This document shows positions 54,791 to 64,000 of a stretch of 64,000 nucleotides of DNA, in pieces; position 1 is the stretch's first letter, and each line of letters begins with the position of its first letter. A program made the position numbers and the translations under genes. This DNA comes from Octopus vulgaris (lineage: Eukaryota), in NCBI GenBank assembly GCA_951406725.2, contig OX597830.1, positions 23,374,001 through 23,438,000 of the forward strand, read 5' to 3'. A model generated the notes under the pieces. It searched no databases, was not told the DNA's origin, and saw only the letters and a program-made list of their open reading frames with translations.

Positions 54791-56071
54791 ATCACGTTAT
54801 CATAAAAAACTATTATTGCCATTACTATAGAGATGAAAGACGGGATCATCAGGAAAGACAAACACATTATTACTCTGCCTTATATATTTGCATCTCTTAC
54901 CTATGCTCTGCGTTCTAATCTTACCAAAGCCAACTTTGCTTTTCCGCTTTCATGGGGTGGCTAAAAGAAAAAGAGAAGTACAAGTTAGCTATTGAACAAA
55001 TTTGAATCGAATGTTTCCTTCGCTTTGAAATGTCTGGCCTTATGTCAATCTTAGAGATTCTCTTTCGTCAGTCGTGGTTGACTACATTTCACTCCCTGTA
55101 GGGGTCGTTAAAATTAGTTCCATTTGAGCACTGGGGTTTATGTAACCGACTAGCCCCATTCCCTCCAAATTTCAGACCTTGTGCCTATAGTAGAAAGGTT
55201 GTGGTGGGCGAGGCTGAACGGATTAAGGAAAATACACCTTCCTCTTCGGTTAAGCTCTCATCGACTTTTTTAAAGCTCTATTTGGAAACGAAAGTGCTAC
55301 TTCCCTGTGAATTTCTGAAAAAGACGGGTGACTCTGACAAAAATGTTTAGTGTGAATAAGCCAATGCTAAGTATGCGTCTGTAGACTGAAAAGCAGGAGA
55401 GAGAGGTACGTATCTTTGGTGGTCAGGATAATCGTGGATTTGTGGGGTCCCTTGATTGGACCCAGTTAGAGTTTCTCCTGATTCAGGAGGTCTACATCAT
55501 TTACGTTATCCCATACTTTGTAAACCATGTTCATTTTTATTGCATTTCCATTTCTTTCTCCTTATCCTTTATGTAAATCCCTACACAAATTGTTCTCTGT
55601 CCTTATAGTGTCCCCCTTCAATTATGCTCCTTCTTCTTCTTCTTCTTCTTCTTCTTCTTCTTCTTCTTCTTCTTCTTCTTCTTCTTCTACTCTTCTTCTA
55701 CTCTTCTTCTTCTTCTTCTTCTTCTTCTTCTTCTTTCTTCTTCGTCCTGCTTCTTCCGTTGTATGCGTGGGCGCGTTGTTGAAGAAAAAACAAATAAACC
55801 TCTCGTAAGTATATTAAAATCGATGTTGCTAATTGCGAGAAACAAATTTCTAATGATAAACGACAAAAAACAACAACAATAAAAAGGACCATAAGGAGTG
55901 TGTGGCTGGGTGTGTAGGGGTCGAGGCTGGGAGGGAGAAAAATTCTTTGATATTTGGCAGATCTATTTTTCCGCAAATGTTTGGCATAGCTGTCTAAGGC
56001 GTAGTTCTTATGTTGCCAATTTAAGATAATCCGGAGAGTCTAAATACCAAATTTGTTAGATAAATAGAGAA

Positions 56072-56162
<91 letters not shown>

Positions 56163-56445
56163 ACCTGCATACAAATTCACTTATATATACCTACAGTATA
56201 TATGTATGTATATATGTACATACACACACGCTTATACACATACATACACATACATGTGTATGAATGCATGTATATACATGTATACGTATATATGTATACG
56301 TACGTATGCATATATATGTGATGTGTGTGTATATATGTATATATATATATATTATATGATTCTATATCACGAGTGTGATGGGCACATATATATATATATA
56401 TACATATGTATATATGTATATATGTATATATGTATATATATATAC

Positions 56446-56514
<69 letters not shown>

Positions 56515-57249
56515 ATATATATATATATATACGCCTGTGTGAGTGTAGAGTATTTAGTATATCTGTATGTGTGTATATCAATCTATCTGTCTATCTGTCT
56601 ATCTATCTATTTATCTATCTATCTATCTGCCTGTCTGTCTGCATGTCTCTTTCTCTCTTGCACTCTTTATACATAAATGCATACATATGTACACACGCAC
56701 ACGCACACGCACACACACGCACACACGCGCACACACACACGCAAACGCACACATGTTTGCAATAAGTAAAAGCGTACACATCATGCACTGTTGTCGTTAC
56801 TTTTATTAGTTATCGTTATCATCATAATTCTCATCATCATCATCATCATTATTATTGTTCGTGTTCTTGTTGTTGTCGTTGGCATTTCAATATATACAAC
56901 CTTATTAATAATGTTCATTAGACTGATGAAAGATCTTAACTGAATAGAGACAGTCGTTAGATGTTGACAAGATGGACACAGTCTGTAGTTACCGTGTGAA
57001 GAAGACATGTCTTTAGATATTGCTTCGATGGACACCGTCTATAGCTGTTGACATAGTAATATGGCCGCGCGTATGATCGTATGATTGAGAAGTATGCTAT
57101 GCATCGCTGTGGTCTTGGGTTCGAAAATCTTATTGTGCATCACCGTTCGTCACGTGTCTTCTATTGCTATATCCGTGGCTTCCCTGAAGCTCTGCGTGTG
57201 AGAATTGCTTGAGGGGAAACTATGTGAAATCTCATGAAGGGACGATTCT

Positions 57250-57300
<51 letters not shown>

Positions 57301-57471
57301 GCAATTTATAGAAAAACAAAAGACGAAGACAGCAGGTGTATTAACAAGCTTGAGAAAATGGAAAAGTCTTTTATGTTTCGAGCCTACGCCCTTCAGCAGA
57401 AAGGAATAAGAGAAAATAAACAAAGAGAGAATGAAAAAAAAAACTTGTAGATTTCAGCGATTCAGCATGGC

Positions 57472-57509
<38 letters not shown>

Positions 57510-57556
57510 ATAAAAATGGTAAGACAACAAAAAAAAGAAATACAGGAATTTATCTG

Positions 57557-57904
57557 TAAATGTAATATGTAACAGTTATTGTAGCCATGATAAAACTCCG
57601 AGTTTTATCATGGCTACCGAATAATTGTCACATATTACATTTATATATATATATATACATATATTATCGCCATATAATATATTCTTATAAAAATAAGAAT
57701 ATAGCTGTCCGCTTATTATCCATGAGGCCATCGCCTTAAGTTAGCTATTTGATACACAAACTGTATCCATATAACCTTCGAACAAGGTTATATGGATACA
57801 GTTTGTGTATCAAATAGCTAACTTAAGGCGATTGCCTCATGGAGCTAATAAGCGGACAGCTTTATTCTTATTTTTATAAGAATGCCATATTAGTATGGCG
57901 ATAA
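57557..57904. repeat. Two adjacent long hairpins (57557-57643, 57664-57904)
   Basis: Arms ~42 bp (centre aaaactc-c-gagtttt) and ~115 bp (centre taacctt-cgaac-aaggtta). Confidence 0.92.
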
Positions 57905-57968
57905 CTATTATTTTCCGGGAACGCTGCCGCTGTTCTCTTTTAGAGAGACTTAGTAATTTTAATATTTC

Positions 57969-58015
<47 letters not shown>

Positions 58016-58275
58016 GAGAGAGAGAGGGAGAGAGAGAGAGTGAAAGAGACAGGGGTTATGAGAGGTAATGGTGTCAGTGAGACCCAAAGGTGTCAGTTAA
58101 TGCTGAATAAATGCTATAGGTAGACCATAGTTAAGTCCAGGTTCGGTGATCATGCGAATAAAGGGTCCAATTTAGGTCATATATCAGCGTGTGTATATAA
58201 AATTTTTTTTCCATAATGCGATAAAAAACCAAGGCTTATCTAAATTAACTATTGCTTAACCAACTTCTCACACCA

Positions 58276-58322
58276 TCTCCGATGAGGGGATATAATAAAT
58301 GTCTTAGAAACAGCTGTAAGCC
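58276..58322 (+). ncRNA. Degenerate hammerhead motif
   Basis: CT-CcGATGA-GGGGAT...atgtctt-a-GAAAC-AGCT-GTA-AG; core has a U>C change, so likely inactive. Confidence 0.5.
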
Positions 58323-58969
58323 ATTCTATTTATAAATGTTCTAAAATCTACAAACCCTTGTTTTGTTTTTTTATCTCATTACGGAAAAAATTTATATACA
58401 TACGTATACATATATATACGTAAACATATATATATGTATATATGTCCCATTGCTTTCTTCTCTTTCTCGTTCTCCCCTTAATTGCTCAATTCCTCTGCCC
58501 CCTACCTCTCTCCTTTCCTTCCACGTGACCGGTGTTCGGCCAAGGATGATCATTCTTTCTTGGATCGACTGCCGGCCACGAAGCATCTCTTATATTCCTG
58601 TCTCATGGATTTCACTCTACACCCGCCAGCTCGACTTGATTCGTTTTTATTGGTTGAAAGACACATGTTGCTATTTTCTTGTTTGCATTTGTAATTGTGT
58701 AACATTTTCTCCGTTTTCTGTCTTTGCTGCCGTACACATTCGCTTGCTTTCTCCCCCAAAACTCAATGCTCTTAGGGGCTAGCCAGATTTGAACAGTCTC
58801 AAGTGTAATAGTCTCAAGTGTAACCGGCCGAAGCTGTAAGGATGATCTGGAAAATTGACTGATGAGAAAAGGCTGCGAATGACCCGTCCTTGTCTTTTCC
58901 TGTCCGTCTTTGTATTGTCTTTCTGTCCAGATGTTTTATTGTCGTCTGTTGCGTTCTTGTTCCATTGTT

Positions 58970-59014
<45 letters not shown>

Positions 59015-59391
59015 TGTGTGTGTGTATGCGTAGGCATGTGTATGTGTGGCTACGAAGCTTACTTTGCAACCACATGGTTTCAGGTTCAGTCTCACTACAT
59101 GGCACCTTGGGCAAGTGAATTTTGCTATAACCCCGGAACCGATCAATGCTTTGTGAGTAAATCTTATAGAAGGAAACTCTGTCTGTTTGTCGGTCTGTCT
59201 GTGTCTCTCTGTCTCTCCTTCTCTCTCTCTCTCATACATTTATGGAAATATACACCTTCTCTCCTGTGAATATTCACAATTTTTCGTTTTACTGTGTGTA
59301 CGTATATGTGAATGTTTGAATTAAGTAACAATAATCCTTTCCGTTGTCTCATGAATAAGCTATTCGAGCTACATATTCCATGTCCGTTTTT

Positions 59392-59800
59392 TTTACTCTT
59401 TTACTTGTTTCAATCATTTGACTGTGGCCATGCTGGAGCACCGCCTTTAGTCGAGCAAATCGACCCCAGGACTTATTCTTTGTAAGCTTAGTACTTATTC
59501 TATCGGCTTTGTTTGCCGAACCGCTAAGTTACGGGGACGTAAACACACCAGCATCGGTTGTCATTCGATGTTGGGGGGGACAAACACAGACACACAAACA
59601 CACACACACACACACACACACATTATATATATGCGACGGGCTTCTTTCAGTTTCTGTCCACCAAATCCACTCACAGTGCTTTGGTCAGCCCGAGGCTATA
59701 GTAGAAGACACTTGCCCAAGGTGCCACGCAGTGGGACTGAAACCGGAACGACGTGGTTCGTAATCAAGCTACTTACCACACAGCCACTCCTACGCCTATA
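59392..59800 (-). mobile_element. SINE family A
   Basis: Full-length copy. Confidence 0.93.
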
Positions 59801-60587
59801 CTTACCACACTGCCACTGCCATATTTTTGACTGTAAAATTCTCTTGGCGTTGACACATTACAGAATAAACCAATTCCGAACCATATTTCATACTTTAATA
59901 TTTCATATAAATTTCCTTTAAAATTTTTTGCGTTATTTTTAAAACTCCGAAAAGATCGTGTACATTTATGAAGGCATTCAAGAAGGATTACCTTTTTCTA
60001 AAAAAGCTTTGTGCCAACTGAATAAAATATGATCACTGATTTGCAGAGTCTTCTGAGGCGTGAGTTTTGTTGCTAGTTCATCCTGACTTGATACTTTTTT
60101 TAAAAAGTCATAAATAATCCAAGTGGAGCCTCGCTTTGCCGCTAAAGAATGCGCTTTTGTTTTTCATATACTTTCTAATAAATTTAGTTTCAAAACATCA
60201 AACTGTTCGTTGAATGTAGTCTCAAAACATTTTGAGCCAAGAACGAAATGTGAAACCATAATTTTAAATGAAATGGTATTACTAGTTCGAATATACGGGT
60301 GGCACGTTCGAACTCGTAAACAAGCCATTCATTATATTTTGTCATGAAGAAAATTTCTCGCTGTTGACAAATGGTGTGGATACACCTAAATCAGCACGCA
60401 GCGCCCCCTATCCCGGATGTGAGATGCAAGCATTTTGGAGCGGTTATCTCATCTTCAGTCACAGAAACCGGACGGTGGCGCTGAGAGCTGATAAGAAAGA
60501 CAATCTTTCTTATGCTATTCCAATCTAGGCAGTGATGTCCATAAATGCAGTGTAATTACCAGATGATTTAGGTGTATTCACACCATA

Positions 60588-60997
60588 GGCGCAGGAGTGG
60601 CTGTGTGGTAAGTAGCTTGTTTACCAACCACATGGTTCCGAATTCAGTCCACTGCGTGGCATCTTGGGCAAGTGTCTTCTGCTATAGCCCCGGGCCGACC
60701 AATGCCTTGTGAGTGGATTTGGTAGACGGAAACTGAAAGAAGCCCGTCGTATATATGTATATATATTTATATATATATGTTTATGTGTCTGTGTTTGTCC
60801 CCCTAGCATTGCTTGACAACCAATGCTGGTGTGCTTATGTCCCCGTCACTTAGCGGTTCGGCAAAAGAGACTGATAGAATAAGTACTGGGCTTACAAAGA
60901 ATAAGTCCCGGGGTTGAGTTGCTCGATTAAAGGCGGTGCTCCAGCATGGCCGCAGTCAAATGACTGAAACAAGTAAAAGAGTAAAGAGTAAAAGAGT
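60588..60997 (+). mobile_element. SINE family A
   Basis: Full-length copy. Confidence 0.93.
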
Positions 60998-61604
60998 AAT
61001 TTGTCTATAGCGAGAATTTTTCTCCATTACAAAACACAGTCAATGGCTTGTTTATGAGTTGGGGCCTGCTACTGCTACGAACTAGTAATAACATTGCATT
61101 TATACACACCACTGTGTAGCGCTCCCACCCCGTAATAATTTTAAATATAATTACATCAATGACCAAGTCCGAACCTACTGAAGACCCAGCAGGAGCAAAT
61201 TTTGTGGCAATTTCTATGAATGCTTCAAATTGAAATGATGTTAAAATATGTTATTTTTCGATATTACATTCCTGCTTATGAGTACAAGTTAAATAGTGAG
61301 ATATGCACACGGTTCCAGTAGAGATGGTTGAAATATCTTGGCCAATGCTTTTGTCTTCAGTTAATTCACAATCACAGGTTGACTGGAAAAGTCGTTGGTT
61401 CTTTTCTTTTTTTTTTTTGTGGAGACAACTGCAACATAGGGTTTGGTGATGTGCAACCACCAAAGGCAAAGATAACAGACTATTTAGCCGATTAAAAGCA
61501 AAACTTGAATGGTATCTTGTTGAGATTGTGCACAAGTGTCTTCAGACAGCTGTTGGTCTATTTGCCACTTGATATCGAGGTAACTGTTGTGAAAATTCTC
61601 GAAT

Positions 61605-62005
61605 GAGTGGATGTGTGGTAAGTAGATTGCTTACCAACCACATGGTTCCGGGTTCATTCCCACTGCGTGGCACCTCGGGCAAGTGTCTTCTATTATAGCC
61701 TTGGGCCGACCAAAGCCTTGCGAGTGGATTTGGTAGACGGAAACTGAAAGAAGCCCGTCGTATATATGTATATATATATATATGTGTGTGTATATTTGTG
61801 TGTTTGTGTTTGTACCCCGCAACATCGCTTAACAAGCGATGCTGGTGTGTTTACATCCCCGTAACTTAGTGCTTCGGCAAAAGAGACCGATAGAATAAGT
61901 ACTAGGCTTAAAAAGAATAAGTCCTGGGGTCGATTTGCTCGACTAAAGGCGTTGCTCCAGCATGGCCACAGTCAAATGACTGAAAGAAGTGAAAGAATAA
62001 AAGAA
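61605..62005 (+). mobile_element. SINE family A
   Basis: Near full-length copy. Confidence 0.92.
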
Positions 62006-62579
62006 TATACCCAGCTAAGAATATTTTGTGACTGTGCCGGAGAGTAATACAAAAAGCTATTACAACATGGTATTACTAGATTTTCTCACAGTTATCAGCT
62101 GTTGAAAGAATTCTGAACGTTCATGCTGGCTTGAAATCTCACCTTTGTTCCCATAAGGACAGCTAAAACAGATAAAAGAATTCTTTGAAAATGGCTCTGG
62201 AAAAAATGTATTTATGGTTTAATACGTGGACATCTTAAATTTTTCAACAAATCGATTCTGGCCGTGGAGAAGAATAATTCCAACGCAGCACATATCAAAC
62301 TAGAAACACAAAATCTGTTTACAAATATAGAAGAAAGAAAAGGAAGCAAAACTGCGAATTTCTACCTCAAAACCTGAGAAAAAATTGAAATGGTAAATGC
62401 ATTGAAGTGGGGAATAAAGAATTGAAAAGTTTAAAGCAAGATGTTTCTCGTACCTATAGAAAAAGAAGTTTGAAGAGGCGGAAAACTTTGTGCTGTTAAA
62501 TTCTGGAGACATATTTTGGCCCAGTCATGAGCAGTCTGCAGTTAAGTTCTACAAAAAAGTATTGGAAAGCAAGTAATAA

Positions 62580-63405
62580 ATATCGGTTTCAAATTCTGAC
62601 ACAAGGCCAGCAAATTCGGGGTAAGGGTAAGTCGATTTCATCGCCCCCAGCATTTGACTGGCACTTATTTTATCAATCCCGGAAGGATGAAAGTACGAAA
62701 TGCCGCTAAACATTTTTCTCGGCGTACTAATAAATCTGCCAGCCCACCGCCTCCTTACGAGTAATAAATATTTATTTCTTTATTCTTCACAGGGAGCTAA
62801 ACATAGAGGCTAAAGACGGGATTAAATCGATTACATCTACCCCAGTGTGTAACTGGTACGTATTTAATCGACCCCGAATGGATGAAAAGCAAAGTCGACC
62901 TCGGCGGAATTTGGACTCAGAACGTAGCGACAGACGAAATACCTATTTCTTTACTACCCACAAGGGGCTAAACACAGAGAAGACAAACAAGGCCAGACAA
63001 ACGGATTATGTCGATTACATCGACCCCAGTGCGTAACTGGTACTTATTTAATCGACCCCGAAAGTATGAAAGGCAAAGTCGACCTCGGCGGAATTTGGAC
63101 TCAGAACGTAACAGCAGACGAAATACGGCTACGCATTTCGCCCGGCGTGCTAACGGTCCTGCTAGCTCGCCGCCTTACGAGCAATACATATTCTTTTCTA
63201 CTCTAGGCACACGGTCTGAAATTTTGGGGGAGGGGGCAGTCGATTAGATCGACTCCAGTACGCAACTGATACTTTATAAATCGACCCCGAAATGATGAAA
63301 CGTAAAGGCGACCTCGGCGGAATTTGAACTCAGAACATAAAGAAAGACGAAATACCCTAAGTATTTCGCCCGGCGTGCTAACGTTACTGCCAGCTCGCCG
63401 CCTTA
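62580..63405 (-). mobile_element. Tandem array of SINE B
   Basis: About four head-to-tail units. Confidence 0.9.
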
Positions 63406-63607
63406 CGAATAATAAATATTGATCAGTTATTTGCTGAAGTTCTCATTCAAAAGAGCTTTTGGATTTCTGAGGCAGAAATTTATACAACAACAGAACTTTA
63501 TGAACTAAAAGTAGTAAACAGTTTTTTTTGTTCACTGCAAAGAAAAGCACCTGATACTTCTGCACCAACTGAACGAGTGTTCGTTGTAATAAATAATCTA
63601 TAGTTAG

Positions 63608-63790
63608 TTTCGTCTGCCGTTACATTCTGAGTTCAAATTCCGCCGAGGTCGACTTTGCCTTTCATCCTTTCGGGGTCGATAAATTAAGCGCCAGTTACGT
63701 ACTGGGGTCGATATAATCGACTTAATCTGTTTGTCTGTCCTTGTTTGTCCTCTCTATGTTTAGCCCCTTGTGGGCAATAAAGAAATAAAA
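63608..63790 (+). mobile_element. 5'-truncated SINE B
   Basis: Flanked by near-duplicate aataatctat(a/g)gt(t/c)ag. Confidence 0.88.
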
Positions 63791-64000
63791 TAATCTATGG
63801 TCAGATGTTGAAGGGCAATATGGCGGAATGCAACGTTAGGCGCCTTCTGATGATTAATATAAACATTCCAATATGTTGCTCAGAATTTTTGATAAAATTA
63901 AAGATTACACTGACTATCTTACAAAACTAATTTTAAGTGAAAAATATGAAAGTGCTGATGATTCAATATCGTATTACTTTGCAATGGAAACATGGTTAGT

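Larger units (their letters stand above)
59900..63955 (+). pseudogene. Fragmented hAT-like transposase interrupted by MITE and SINEs
   Basis: AAKECAFVFH...SFKTSNC...RTKCETII (60130-60270), YKKLLQHG.TRF...AVERIL (~62050) and TSAPTERVF...LWSD...C.EF..KIK...SEKY (63555-63950). Confidence 0.65.

Noticed and set aside
61251-61535. 94-aa minus-strand ORF as a gene
   Set aside because: Non-ATG start, no recognisable domain, and it lies within transposon debris.

Overview
AT-rich, repeat-saturated eukaryotic DNA, most likely Octopus or another cephalopod (inferred from the tRNA-derived SINE families and the extreme TA/CA/TATG microsatellite density). No intact protein-coding gene is visible, and most listed ORFs are microsatellite or SINE artefacts. 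The window is a nest of transposon remnants: four SINE families, decayed mariner/Tc1/maT/rosa, hAT and probable Chapaev3 DNA transposons, non-autonomous Helitrons, and RTE, Tx1/L1 and R4/Dong-like LINE pieces. Penelope-like (GIY-YIG) remnants are also present. The most interesting signals are: (1) several distinct minimal type I hammerhead-ribozyme motifs in small non-coding, (TA)n-inserted, Penelope/retrozyme-like units that also form long foldbacks; (2) a doubly deleted Tx1-like LINE inserted with a ~16-bp TSD into the tRNA head of a SINE; (3) a SINE-5S rRNA chimera; (4) a 20-bp minisatellite with higher-order structure born inside a SINE; and (5) SINE head/tail module swapping. All calls were made by eye without database searches, and boundaries are approximate unless a TSD or TIR is quoted.
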